Shown here: positions 9,508 through 19,490 of the stretch, piece by piece | How positions within the stretch are numbered: position 1 is the stretch's first letter | Layout of the letters: the number at the start of each line of letters is the position of its first letter | Source of the DNA: an uncultured Gammaproteobacteria bacterium | GTDB lineage: Bacteria; Patescibacteriota; Microgenomatia; 0-14-0-10-38-17 | DNA: 64,000 nt | Reading direction: 5' to 3' | Assembly (NCBI GenBank): GCA_964348895.1 | Contig: CAYGEH010000001.1 | Coordinates: 610,254 to 674,253, forward strand | Position numbers and translations under genes: made by a program | Notes under the pieces: generated by a model | The model's input: the letters and a program-made list of their open reading frames with translations, nothing else | Database searches by the model: none | What the model was told of the DNA's origin: nothing

Positions 9508-9564
9508 AGAAATATTTTTTAATTGACTTTTTGGGTTTTCTTTGGTAAATTTTTTTAAAAGACT

Positions 9565-10191
9565 ATGCCAGCGACTCTTTATAAACGCCAAAAACAAATC
9601 CTAGACTTTATTAGTCAATATATTCAAAAGTTTGGTGCCTCCCCTACTCTTCAACAAATTGCTGAAGCGACTGGCGTTTCTTCTTTGGCCACAATTCACG
9701 AGCATCTTAATAATTTAGAAAAAAAAGGAGTTTTAAGACGCTATAAGGGAAAAGTTCGAGGGATTGAAATTTTAACGGAAAAGTTTTTAGCTAACGGAAA
9801 TAGGCCCCAAGTAGAACTACCAATATTGGGGTTTATTGCTGCAGGCTCCCCTATTGAACCACACGTCGATTCGGAGGCTTCGCTTTTAGTGCCGACCAAT
9901 CTAGTTTCGGGAAGAAAAAGAAGTTTTGTTTTACAGGTAAAGGGAGAGTCAATGATTGATGAGGGGATTTTAGATGGTGATTTTGTTGTGGTGGAAGAAC
10001 AAATTGAGGTCAATAATGGCGATATTGTGGTGGCGGTTCTAGAAGATGGTTTGGCAACCCTAAAGCGCTACTTCAAGGAGAAAACTAGAATTAAGCTAGA
10101 GCCAGCGAATAGTAAAATGAAACCAATTTTTGCTAAAAATGTTGCTATTAAGGGTAGAGTTACTGGGGTAATTAGAAAATTTAACGATTAA
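9565..10191 (+). CDS. lexA: LexA repressor (SOS regulator, S24 peptidase).
   Basis: N-terminal wHTH, an FIAAGSP autocleavage site (Ala-Gly), and an S24 domain with GESMIDEGILDGDFVVV and a catalytic Ser/Lys. Confidence 0.85.
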   Translation: MPATLYKRQKQILDFISQYIQKFGASPTLQQIAEATGVSSLATIHEHLNNLEKKGVLRRYKGKVRGIEILTEKFLANGNRPQVELPILGFIAAGSPIEPHVDSEASLLVPTNLVSGRKRSFVLQVKGESMIDEGILDGDFVVVEEQIEVNNGDIVVAVLEDGLATLKRYFKEKTRIKLEPANSKMKPIFAKNVAIKGRVTGVIRKFND

Positions 10192-10198
10192 AAAATTT

Positions 10199-10870
10199 TT
10201 AATCTGTTTTTGCTTTTTTAAGATACTTTCCTCTTCTTCGATATCCCCAAACTAAGAAACCAAGAATGGTGGCGGAGATCAAAATAGTAAAAATATCAGA
10301 AGTTTGATCTAGACCTTGAGCCATTGAGGCGTAAGCTTCGCCAATTTGCCAACCAACAAAAGCCAAAACAAAGCTTCTAACCATAATACCCAAGGTTGAG
10401 GCAAGATAGAAATTAGCAATTGGAATTCGAATAGCTCCAGCAACTCCAGAAATTATCGAAATGGGTATAACTGGAATTGCTCGCAGAGCGAAAATTAACA
10501 AATCGTCGTGCCAGTTGCCCTTAAATTTTTTTTGTAAAAACTCAATGTCCTGCCAAGAAAAGCCAAAATAGCGATTAAGCTTCTCAATCAAGGGTTTGCC
10601 TCCAAAATAGGCAATAAAATAAATAACCCCCAAGCCCAAAGCTGCAGCAATAGAATAAGGAAGAGTAATTTTAAGAAAAATCTCCCACAAAACCACTCCC
10701 AAGGGGAGCTCTTGAGGAATTAAGAGAAATCCTCCAGCCATAGTAACTAAGGGCGAAGGAATTGGAACGACAATTTGCTCAATAAGACCACCCCAAAAAA
10801 TAGCCCAAGCCCCATCTTCACCAATGGCGGTAATTATCCAGTTAGTAATTTGATTAACAAAATCAAACAT
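10199..10870 (-). CDS. DedA/VTT-family (SNARE-associated) inner-membrane protein.
   Basis: Polytopic membrane protein with IEQIVVPIPSPLVTMAGGF and ALRAIPVIPISIISGVAGAIRIP motifs, typical of DedA. Confidence 0.5.
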   Translation of the reverse strand: MFDFVNQITNWIITAIGEDGAWAIFWGGLIEQIVVPIPSPLVTMAGGFLLIPQELPLGVVLWEIFLKITLPYSIAAALGLGVIYFIAYFGGKPLIEKLNRYFGFSWQDIEFLQKKFKGNWHDDLLIFALRAIPVIPISIISGVAGAIRIPIANFYLASTLGIMVRSFVLAFVGWQIGEAYASMAQGLDQTSDIFTILISATILGFLVWGYRRRGKYLKKAKTD

Positions 10871-10979
10871 AGTTTTTTATTCGATGGTTATCATTATAAC
10901 CATTTGGATTATTTTTTAGCAAGGGAGAAATCACCCTGGAGTGTTCTGTCTCCGAAGTGGGTCTTGGTATAATTAGGCT

Positions 10980-11693
10980 ATGGGTAAGCTTTTTTTGGTG
11001 GCAACACCGATTGGTAACTTAGAGGATATTACTCTTCGAGCAATAAAAACCCTAGGAGAAGTAGATCTAATTTTAGCCGAAGATACCAGAAAAACAGGAA
11101 GGCTGCTAAAAGAGATTTTAACAACAAAGACGCCGCCCCCCCTGTTTTCTTTTTTTGAAGGTAACGAAGAAAGAAAACAACCAGAAATCTTAACTAGACT
11201 GTTGGGTGGCGAAAACATTGCCCTGGTGACTAGTGCTGGTACTCCAACAATTGCCGATCCTGGATTCAAGTTAGTTCGAGCTTGTTTTCGAGAGAAAATT
11301 GAAGTAATAAGTGTTCCTGGCCCAAATGCCGCCCTTACCGCTCTTTCTGTTTCTGGTCTTCCAACGGATAAGTTTTTATTTTTAGGTTTTTTGCCGAAAA
11401 AAAAGGGTAAGGTGGAAAAAATGTTCCAGTCTTATCAAGATTTAGTCGACTCCCCTCTTTCCCCTTCTTTAGTTTTTTACGAGTCTCCATATCGCTTAAT
11501 CAAAACTCTAAGGTTGGCTGAGAATATTTTAGGAAATCAAGCTCGAGTGGTGGTTTGTCGAGAATTAACCAAGATTTATGAAGAAAAAATTGTTGGCGGT
11601 TTTAAGGAAATTTTGGCTAAACTAGAAGGAAAAAAAATTAAAGGCGAAGTTACGGTGGTTTTATCTTTAAAAAACTCCGCTTCTTTTTATTGA
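10980..11693 (+). CDS. rsmI: 16S rRNA (cytidine1402-2'-O)-methyltransferase RsmI.
   Basis: N-terminus LFLVATPIGNLEDITLRAIKTLGEVDLILAEDTRKTGRLL (tetrapyrrole-methylase fold; RsmI signature). Confidence 0.85.
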   Translation: MGKLFLVATPIGNLEDITLRAIKTLGEVDLILAEDTRKTGRLLKEILTTKTPPPLFSFFEGNEERKQPEILTRLLGGENIALVTSAGTPTIADPGFKLVRACFREKIEVISVPGPNAALTALSVSGLPTDKFLFLGFLPKKKGKVEKMFQSYQDLVDSPLSPSLVFYESPYRLIKTLRLAENILGNQARVVVCRELTKIYEEKIVGGFKEILAKLEGKKIKGEVTVVLSLKNSASFY

Positions 11694-13318
11694 TCGCCGT
11701 TAAATTCAAGAAGAGGATGGCCAGTCATATTGTGCGGTTGATCAATTTTCATTAGACGAAGAACTGATGGGGCGATATCAGCCAAAACTCCTCTTGCCAA
11801 CATTTGGCTTTTGCCTAAAAATTGTTTACCAACAACGATAAATGGGACAGGGTTAGCTGAGTGTTCGGTATCAATCTCTCCGGTTGATAAGTTAATCATT
11901 TCTTCCGCATTACCGTGATCGGCAGTAATAATGGCGGTTCCACCAGTAACAAAAATTTGATTAACAATCTTTCCCAAACACTGATCAACTGTTTCACAAG
12001 CCTGAATCCCAGCTTCTAAAACTCCAGTATGTCCGACCATATCAGGATTAGCAAAATTAATCAAGGTAAAATCAAAATTATTTTTGCGTAAACCTTCAAG
12101 AGCCTGATCGGTAACCTCAAGGGCGCTCATTTGAGGTTTTTGATCATAGGTTTTGACTGGTGGAGAAGAAACCTCAAACCACTCTTCACCGGTAAAGGGT
12201 TTTTCTCGATAACCATTAAAATAATAAGTAACAAAGCGTTCTTTTTCGGTTTCGGCAATGTGGAACTGTCTTTTGCCCTCTTGAGAAATCACTTGAGAGA
12301 GCGGTAGAGGAATTTCTTTGGTGGGAAAAGCGACTGTGGTCGGTAAGCCTCTTTCATATTCAGTCATAGTCACAAAATGAATATTTTTAAATTTTTTTTC
12401 TCGAGGAAAAGTTTTAATCTTTTCTAGAGGAGCGTAAATTTTCTGGCCGTATTTTTCCGCGTAGGGATCAAAGGCGGCTTTTTTGGGTTGATAGTCTTCC
12501 AGATTTGCCAAAACAAACGCTTTGGTTAACTGTCGGGGTCGATCAATTCTAAAATTAAAGAAAATGACAGCATCGTTGTCACAAACTGGCTTACCAGGGC
12601 TAATTATGGTGGGCTGGATAAATTCATCAGTTTCTTTACGCTGATAAGCTTGAGAAATAGCCTCACGGGGAGTTTTAGCCAACAAACCCTTATTTTCAGC
12701 GATTGCTTGATAGGCTTTTTGAGTTCGCTCCCAGCGATTATCTCTATCCATGGCCCAAAATCGACCAGAAATGCTAGCAATTTTACCAATTTTTAATTGA
12801 GTCATTTGGTGTTCAACTTGTTCCAAAAAAGTAAGAGCTGATTGAGGAGGAGAATCTCGACCGTCAGTAAAAAGATGTAAGAAAACTGAGCCAAGATTGT
12901 GTTTTTTGGCTAAGCTTAATAAAGCAAATAAGTGTTGATTGTTAGAGTGGACTCCAGCTGAACCGATCATTCCCATAAGATGTAAAGAGCTTTGTTGTTT
13001 TTGAACAAACTTAATCGCCTCTAAAAAACTTTGATTTTGAAAAAAGGTTCCATCAGCGATACTCATATTAATACGAACCAAGTCTTGCAAGACAATTCTT
13101 CCAGCCCCTAAATTAAGATGACCAGTTTCAGAATTACCCTTTTCTCCCTTAGGTAAACCCACCGCTTCTCCCGAGGCAACAATTTGAGTGTGAGGAAAAG
13201 AGGCCCAGTATTTGTCAAAATTAGGAGTTTTGGCTTGAAGAATGGCGTTGCCAGTTTGAGTATTGGCTAATCCCCAGCCGTCAAGAACGATTAAAATAAT
13301 AGAATCTGGTCTTTCCAT
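11687..13318 (-). CDS. gpmI: 2,3-bisphosphoglycerate-independent phosphoglycerate mutase.
   Basis: ILIVLDGWGL N-terminus, metal-binding DHGN and ADHGNAE motifs; 543 aa. Confidence 0.9.
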   Translation of the reverse strand: MERPDSIILIVLDGWGLANTQTGNAILQAKTPNFDKYWASFPHTQIVASGEAVGLPKGEKGNSETGHLNLGAGRIVLQDLVRINMSIADGTFFQNQSFLEAIKFVQKQQSSLHLMGMIGSAGVHSNNQHLFALLSLAKKHNLGSVFLHLFTDGRDSPPQSALTFLEQVEHQMTQLKIGKIASISGRFWAMDRDNRWERTQKAYQAIAENKGLLAKTPREAISQAYQRKETDEFIQPTIISPGKPVCDNDAVIFFNFRIDRPRQLTKAFVLANLEDYQPKKAAFDPYAEKYGQKIYAPLEKIKTFPREKKFKNIHFVTMTEYERGLPTTVAFPTKEIPLPLSQVISQEGKRQFHIAETEKERFVTYYFNGYREKPFTGEEWFEVSSPPVKTYDQKPQMSALEVTDQALEGLRKNNFDFTLINFANPDMVGHTGVLEAGIQACETVDQCLGKIVNQIFVTGGTAIITADHGNAEEMINLSTGEIDTEHSANPVPFIVVGKQFLGKSQMLARGVLADIAPSVLRLMKIDQPHNMTGHPLLEFNGDQ

Positions 13319-13320
13319 AA

Positions 13321-14610
13321 TTAATAGCCACGACCAAGACCAATAATATCTTCAATTTTAGTTAGCCGATTATATTTAACCACCCTTTCCCCTCGGGCTG
13401 GGGCACCAAATTTAACAAAATCAGCTCCTACTCCAACGGCAAAATCAGCAATGAAGTCATCAGTGGTTTCTCCGCTACGATGAGAAATGATTGTTTTCCA
13501 ATTTGCCTCTTGGGCTAATTTTATTACCGAGAGGGTTTCAGAAATGGTACCAATTTGATTAGGTTTTACTAAAATACCATTACAGGCTTTTTCTTGAATA
13601 GCCTTTTGAGTTCGCTCTTTGTTGGTGCAAAGAAGGTCGTCGCCGACTAGGGTTACTTTATCTAAGTCTAGGGTTTGGGCCAATCGACTCCAGCCCTGCC
13701 AATCATCTTCAAAGAGGGGGTCTTCTAAAATCAATAAAGGGTACTGCTCTCTTAGCTGGCGATAAAAAGAAATAAAATCTTGAGCATTCATCGGCGAGGT
13801 TCGATCACGAATAGTGTATTGACCATTTTTATAGAAAAAATCAGCAGCAACATCTAGGCCCAAATAAATATCTTTATGAAGAATATAACCAGCTCGATTA
13901 ATTCCTCGAGAAACCACCTCTAGGGCGTCTAAATTAGTAAAAAGATTAGGAGCAAATCCGCCTTCGTCGCCAATAGAGTGAATGGCCTTGTTTTCAATTA
14001 AAACTTGTTCGACATTTTTATAAACTTCAGCAGCAGCCCTTAGTTGATTATTAAAGGTTTTTATACCCAGGGGAATAATGTGAAACTCTTGAAACTCTAG
14101 ATTTCCAGCTCCGTGTTTACCGCCATTAATTAGATTAAGAATTGGGGCGGGCATTTTTCTAACAGAACCGTTTTTAAGGCCAAATTTCTTCGCTAGATCG
14201 GCAATATATTCGAAAAGATGGCGTTGATAATGAAAGGCGGAGGCTCTGACTGTGGCAAGAGAGCAAGACAAAATGGCGTTGGCACCAAGATTGCTTTTGT
14301 TTTTGGTTCCGTCAAGATCGATCATTACTTGATCAAGACTGGCTTGGTCGGTAGGGTCAAGACCGATAATTTTGGGACCAATAATCTTTTCTACATTATA
14401 GACCGCCTTCAAAACCCCTTTTCCCAAATAGCGTCCGCTGTCATCATCTCTTAACTCTAACGCTTCGTTGCTACCAACTGAGGCTCCAGAAGGAACTGAG
14501 GCAGTCGCAGAAATATCGTTGTCTAAAAAGATGGTTGTTTCCAATGTAGGCATAGCACGAGAATCAAGGACTTCCCGTGAGCCAACGGCGATAATTTTAG
14601 GCACGAACAA
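13321..14610 (-). CDS. eno: Enolase.
   Basis: SHRSGETTDDFIADFAVGVGADFVKFGAPARGERVVKYNRL enolase signature; 429 aa. Confidence 0.9.
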   Translation of the reverse strand: MFVPKIIAVGSREVLDSRAMPTLETTIFLDNDISATASVPSGASVGSNEALELRDDDSGRYLGKGVLKAVYNVEKIIGPKIIGLDPTDQASLDQVMIDLDGTKNKSNLGANAILSCSLATVRASAFHYQRHLFEYIADLAKKFGLKNGSVRKMPAPILNLINGGKHGAGNLEFQEFHIIPLGIKTFNNQLRAAAEVYKNVEQVLIENKAIHSIGDEGGFAPNLFTNLDALEVVSRGINRAGYILHKDIYLGLDVAADFFYKNGQYTIRDRTSPMNAQDFISFYRQLREQYPLLILEDPLFEDDWQGWSRLAQTLDLDKVTLVGDDLLCTNKERTQKAIQEKACNGILVKPNQIGTISETLSVIKLAQEANWKTIISHRSGETTDDFIADFAVGVGADFVKFGAPARGERVVKYNRLTKIEDIIGLGRGY

Positions 14611-16882
14611 TAACCTCCCTTTCGGTTTTGGCGACTAACTGTTTAGTTAAACTAATGGCATCAGGATTGACGGAAACACTAGTAATTCCCCAACTGATTA
14701 ATTTTTCAATAATTTTTGGCTTATTGGAAACAGCCTGTCCACAAATTGAACTGGTAATTTGGTGTTTTTGACAAATTCTAATGGCTTTTTTAAGAGCCCA
14801 TAACACAGCAGGATCAGCTTCATTGAAAATTTTTGTTAACTTGGCATTATCTCGATCAACTCCCAAAATTAAAGCGGTTAAGTCGTTACTGCCAAGAGAA
14901 ACTCCGTCAATTCCTATTTTAATAAATTTTTCCAAAGAAATTATGTTGGCGGGAGTTTCTAACATCAACCAAAGTTTAAAGCTGGGACTACGAGATAGGC
15001 CGATAGCGGCAATAATTTTTTTAACTTCAATTAATTCTGGAACAGTGCGAACAAAGGGCAACATCAACCAAATATTTTTTAAGCCTTTTTTGTTGCGGAT
15101 AGCCTTAATGGCCTCTAGTTCTAAAGCAAAAACCTGATCGTCTCCAATGTAGCGACTGGCACCACGAAAACCAAGTAAGGGATTTTCTTCTTCAGCTTCG
15201 TATTTTTCTCCTCCAGTCAAATGACGATATTCATTAGTTTTAAAATCACTGGTGCGATAAACGACTGGGCGAGGAGCAAAGGCTCGACAAATTTTTTCTA
15301 AGCCATTAATTAATTCTTCAGTGATAACCTTACCCTGGCCTTTATTAATTAATTCTCGAGGGTGGGTACCAATTTTTGCCAACATAAATTCAGCTCGTAA
15401 TAGACCAACACCATCAACATTTCTTTGGGCTATAGTTTCAGCCACATCTGGCTCGCTCAAGTTAACATAAATCTTAGTGGCAGTTTTAATGGCTTCTGTT
15501 TTCTCTTGTTCTGGACTAGTTTGAGACCGAAGGGCGATTTTTATTTCTTTTCCCTCTAAAACTTGTCCCTTGTCGCCGTCAACAGTAATGATTTGGCCGT
15601 CTTTTAGATCTTTAGTCGCGTTTTTGGTGCCCACAACGCAGGGAATGCTTAGTTCTCGAGAAATAATTGCGGCGTGAGAAGTTTGTCCACCTTGATCGGT
15701 GACAATGCCGGAAACTAACCTCATTGCTGGAATAAAGTCAGGTGTAGTTATGGGGGCTACCAAAATATCACCCGATTTAATTTTTTTAATTTCTTTAGCA
15801 GATTTAATTTTTTTAACTGGTCCGTAGCCTCGACCTGGACCAGCAGAAATTCCTGTTAAAAGAATCATGGCTTGTTTTTGGATAAACCCACTTTTGCTGT
15901 CACTGGTGGAAATATTTTCTTCTTTTAAAGAAATATTAAGGGGGCGTGACTGAAGAATGAAAAAAGCGTTTTTGTCATGAGCCCATTCAATTTCTTGAGG
16001 GAAAAAATAGAAGTGATGGATTTTTCGAGCTAAATCTGTTAATCGGTTAATTTGTTCATCAGAAAGCTTTGGTTGATTTACTTTATAAGCTGGAACTAAG
16101 CTTTTTAAACTTTTATTTCCTTTCTTAATAAGTTGAAGTTTTTGAGGACTGATTTTCTTATCAATAATTTGTCCAGTCTGAAAAGCAACCAAATATTGAT
16201 CGGGGGTGGTTTTACCTTGAACCAAGTATTCTCCCAAACCCCAAACAGCCTCAGCTAAAAGTAGGTTTTTCTTGGTTCCGCTAGGATCAGCAGTAAAAAC
16301 AATTCCAGCACTTTCAGCTTGAACCATTTTTTGAATAACTACAGCTATCCCTTGACCAAAAAAACTTTTTTTTCTTTCTTTGCGATAAAAAAGCCCTCTG
16401 GCTTCAAAAAAAGAAGCCCAACAAGCCTGAACTTTTCTTACAACATTAGCCTCTCCTGTAATATTTAAAAATGAAGACTGAAGATCTTCCTCAACAGCTG
16501 AAGATCGAATCGCAACCAGGGGGTTAGCCAGTCTTCCCCACGATTTTCCTAAAGAAATGTAGCTTTTCATTATTTGCCAAGCCAAATCTTTTGGCATTCG
16601 ACCATTAAGGATTAATTTCTTAATTTGACTGGCAACCTCTTGAAATTCTTCTGGCTTTTCTAATTTGGTTTGACTAAGAAGCTCCTCAATTTTGACTCTT
16701 AAACCATTTTCGGAGATGAAATAGCGATAGGCTCTAGTGGTGATAATTATTCCAGGTGGAACCGGCAATCCAAGCTTATTAATTTCTCCCAACGAAGCCC
16801 CTTTGTCGCCAACCAACAAGCGGTCTTCACCGTCGACTTCATCAACATTAAGAACAAAAGATAAATTGTGAGCAGCAGGCAT
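14597..16882 (-). CDS. ppsA: Phosphoenolpyruvate synthase (pyruvate, water dikinase).
   Basis: N-terminal ATP-grasp (GDKGASLGEINKLGLPVPPG), phospho-His domain (TDQGGQTSHAAIISRELSIPCVVG), C-terminal PEP-utilising TIM barrel; 761 aa fits PpsA rather than PPDK. Confidence 0.8.
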   Translation of the reverse strand: MPAAHNLSFVLNVDEVDGEDRLLVGDKGASLGEINKLGLPVPPGIIITTRAYRYFISENGLRVKIEELLSQTKLEKPEEFQEVASQIKKLILNGRMPKDLAWQIMKSYISLGKSWGRLANPLVAIRSSAVEEDLQSSFLNITGEANVVRKVQACWASFFEARGLFYRKERKKSFFGQGIAVVIQKMVQAESAGIVFTADPSGTKKNLLLAEAVWGLGEYLVQGKTTPDQYLVAFQTGQIIDKKISPQKLQLIKKGNKSLKSLVPAYKVNQPKLSDEQINRLTDLARKIHHFYFFPQEIEWAHDKNAFFILQSRPLNISLKEENISTSDSKSGFIQKQAMILLTGISAGPGRGYGPVKKIKSAKEIKKIKSGDILVAPITTPDFIPAMRLVSGIVTDQGGQTSHAAIISRELSIPCVVGTKNATKDLKDGQIITVDGDKGQVLEGKEIKIALRSQTSPEQEKTEAIKTATKIYVNLSEPDVAETIAQRNVDGVGLLRAEFMLAKIGTHPRELINKGQGKVITEELINGLEKICRAFAPRPVVYRTSDFKTNEYRHLTGGEKYEAEEENPLLGFRGASRYIGDDQVFALELEAIKAIRNKKGLKNIWLMLPFVRTVPELIEVKKIIAAIGLSRSPSFKLWLMLETPANIISLEKFIKIGIDGVSLGSNDLTALILGVDRDNAKLTKIFNEADPAVLWALKKAIRICQKHQITSSICGQAVSNKPKIIEKLISWGITSVSVNPDAISLTKQLVAKTEREVIVRA

Positions 16883-16903
16883 AAAAAATTTTTAATTTCT
16901 AAT

Positions 16904-17335
16904 TTACTTTGGGCTTTTTTTGTCGATAGCTAGGGTAGATGTTGAGAAATTGTTTAAGTTTTCGTCTTTTCGATTATAATCATCTTCAAGTCGATATGTT
17001 TTGCCGATTTCAGGCGTTGACGCTTCAGCGATCAAAGAATCAACTTCTGCCTCAAGACGATGCTTTTGGCCGTGTTTAACAGTATAGCCTGTTTTTAGTT
17101 TCATGGGAAGTCTAATTAACTTTCCGTCTTTATTTTCTAAAATTAAAAAAGCCTTTCCTTTTATAAGGCAAAGCGTTTCCTGTTTCTGGCTATGAATTTG
17201 GAGGCTTAATCTTTGTCCAGCCCTGATAAAAAGAATTTTGCCAACATAAGCAAGACCAGAAGGAGTAAATAGAATTTCCCAGCCCCAAGGTTTAATTGTT
17301 TTTTGCCGATATTCTTGATTTTTTCTAGCCATCAA
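16904..17335 (-). CDS. Cupin-domain protein (type II mannose-6-phosphate isomerase-like small cupin).
   Basis: KPWGWEILFT...GQRLSLQIHSQKQETLCLIKGKA cupin motifs. The start overlaps the stop of the adjacent PMM gene. Confidence 0.45.
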   Translation of the reverse strand: MMARKNQEYRQKTIKPWGWEILFTPSGLAYVGKILFIRAGQRLSLQIHSQKQETLCLIKGKAFLILENKDGKLIRLPMKLKTGYTVKHGQKHRLEAEVDSLIAEASTPEIGKTYRLEDDYNRKDENLNNFSTSTLAIDKKSPK

Positions 17336-18702
17336 ATTTTTTGTTTAAAATGATATTTTTCTAGTTGGGCGTTGATAATTTCTTTAACTTCTTCTAGGTC
17401 TTGCTTAGTTTTTCCTTCGGCACGACCAGAAATTAATGGTTCAGTATTAGAAGGACGAAGCAGGCCCCAAGAGTTTTCAAAAGAAAAACGAACACCATCA
17501 ATGTCAAGAATTTTAGCTTGAGGATATTGAGTTTTAATGTTATTGGCCATTTCTTGGCCCAATTGATATTTATTAAGACCCTGAGGTAGTTCAAGACGAA
17601 ACTCAGGAATTTGATGATAAGAAGGAAGATCTTCAGTTAACTGATCAAGGGTTTTTCCCCGAGAAACTATTTCCAACAGCCTTAGGGCGGCATAGAAGGC
17701 GTCATCATAACCATGATAACGATCAGCGAAAAAGAAGTGGCCAGAAATTTCTCCACCAAAAATAGCCTTTTCTTGATGCATTTTCTCGGTAATTAAAGGA
17801 AAACCAGTTTTCCACAAAACTGGTTTTCCACCATTAGTCTTGATTGTTTCCAAAACAGCCATAGTGGTACAAATATTTAGAACAATTTTGGCGCCAGGAT
17901 GGTTTCGACAAACATCTTTGGCTAGAATGGCAGCAGTAATATCGTTTTCAATAAACTGCCCTCTAGTATTATAAATACCAATTCGATCGCCATCTCCGTC
18001 AAAAGCTAAGCCTAAATCAAAGTCGCCCTGCTTGAGCTCTTTTTTCATTTGAGTGTAAAACTCTTCTTTCTGTGGATAGGCGGGATGGTTTGGAAAAGAG
18101 CCGTCTGATTCCTCAAAGAGAATCTTTACTTGACAATTAATTTTTTCAAAAACAGTTCGAGCGAAAAGACCAGTGGTGCCATTGCCAGTATCAATTAAGA
18201 TCTTTAGGGGTTTTTTAAGCTTAATGTCTTTAACAATATGATTAATATACGCGTCGGCAATAGTTTTGTTTTGAACTTGCCCCAGAGAGGCCTTAACAAA
18301 TTTTTTATTTTTTACTATTGTTTTAACAGCCTGAAGTTGATCCCCATAAATAATGTTTTTTTTAACAGCAGACTTAATGCCATTATACTCGGCAGGATTA
18401 TGACTAGCCGTAATCATCATTGTTGCTGGAGCATTAAAATGGTACCAAGAAAAATAAGTCATAGGAGTAGTGATTGTTCCTAAGTTAAAAACTGTCATTC
18501 CAACAGAGGCCAGACCCTCGCTAATAGCCCCAGCTATTTCTGGACTACTTGGACGATTATCTTGGCCCAAATAAACAGAATTAACCTTATTTTTGTGAAA
18601 AAAACTACCAAAACCCTGACCCAAAGAATAGGCATCTTGTCGATTCCACTGGGACGGATAAATACCGCGAATGTCATAAGTGGAAAAAATCAGCGGATCC
18701 AT
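17332..18702 (-). CDS. Phosphomannomutase/phosphoglucomutase (alpha-D-phosphohexomutase family).
   Basis: Active-site TASHNPAEYNGIK, Mg-binding DGDGDR, 456 aa. Confidence 0.85.
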   Translation of the reverse strand: MDPLIFSTYDIRGIYPSQWNRQDAYSLGQGFGSFFHKNKVNSVYLGQDNRPSSPEIAGAISEGLASVGMTVFNLGTITTPMTYFSWYHFNAPATMMITASHNPAEYNGIKSAVKKNIIYGDQLQAVKTIVKNKKFVKASLGQVQNKTIADAYINHIVKDIKLKKPLKILIDTGNGTTGLFARTVFEKINCQVKILFEESDGSFPNHPAYPQKEEFYTQMKKELKQGDFDLGLAFDGDGDRIGIYNTRGQFIENDITAAILAKDVCRNHPGAKIVLNICTTMAVLETIKTNGGKPVLWKTGFPLITEKMHQEKAIFGGEISGHFFFADRYHGYDDAFYAALRLLEIVSRGKTLDQLTEDLPSYHQIPEFRLELPQGLNKYQLGQEMANNIKTQYPQAKILDIDGVRFSFENSWGLLRPSNTEPLISGRAEGKTKQDLEEVKEIINAQLEKYHFKQKI

Positions 18703-18715
18703 ATCTTTCTTGATT

Positions 18716-19426
18716 TTAAAGTTTTAAGATTAAAAGTTCAAGACCAAATTCCAAAGAGTAAAATAGTTGTCCGGTTTTTTGTTGATAATCTAGAGCAATT
18801 AATCCCTTGAGAAGTTTTTTTAATTGAGGAAGTGAAAAGTTTTGAGCCTGAGCGAAAAGCTGTTTTTTTTGCCAAGGAGCTTTTTTAAGTTGATCTTGAT
18901 GACCGGTTTTGATAATGGTTAAGTCTTCAATGCGACCGATTAAAAGATGAAAAACGAGCCCAAGCTCTGTTTTTTCTAAAGCTTGATTAAGAAGTTTAAG
19001 GCATTTTTCTTTATTGTCGGGAGAAAGAGAGTCAAGAAAAGTAAAAACCAAATTGTCGGGCTTAAAAAGACGATCTTGCTGGGGGGGGAAAAGGGCTAAA
19101 ACTTTTTTAGACATTTCTTTGTTAGCCCAGATTATCAATTGATTTTCCGAAAATATTTTTTTAGTTAAACTGGCAATTTCTCTTTGGCTTTGGAGAGAAA
19201 AACTTTGAAAATCATCAAGAATAATTAGCTTTTTTTGGCTAAAAAGATCTGGCTCTAGGGCGTTAATTAGGCTGTCAATTTGAAAGTCGGCACTGGTTAT
19301 TCTTACAATAGGCAGATTTTTGTTTTGAGCCTGAGCAATAAAAGAATTAAGAAAGTTACGACTAGCAACAGTGTTTTTACCGTGAAGAATATTTAACATA
19401 GCAACATTTAAATGATTGAAAGCCAA
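18716..19426 (-). CDS. holA: Short DNA polymerase III delta subunit-like protein (HolA-like).
   Basis: LFSQKKLIILDD and a C-terminal PWQKK...LIALDYQQKTG...LEFGLELLI resemble the delta-subunit pattern. No P-loop. It is only 236 aa, so the assignment is tentative. Confidence 0.4.
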   Translation of the reverse strand: MAFNHLNVAMLNILHGKNTVASRNFLNSFIAQAQNKNLPIVRITSADFQIDSLINALEPDLFSQKKLIILDDFQSFSLQSQREIASLTKKIFSENQLIIWANKEMSKKVLALFPPQQDRLFKPDNLVFTFLDSLSPDNKEKCLKLLNQALEKTELGLVFHLLIGRIEDLTIIKTGHQDQLKKAPWQKKQLFAQAQNFSLPQLKKLLKGLIALDYQQKTGQLFYSLEFGLELLILKL

Positions 19427-19490
19427 AAGCTAAAGAAACGGCGCTTTTTTAGTAAATTGTTTTAAACTTCTAAACTCTGCCTCTTTCTTG

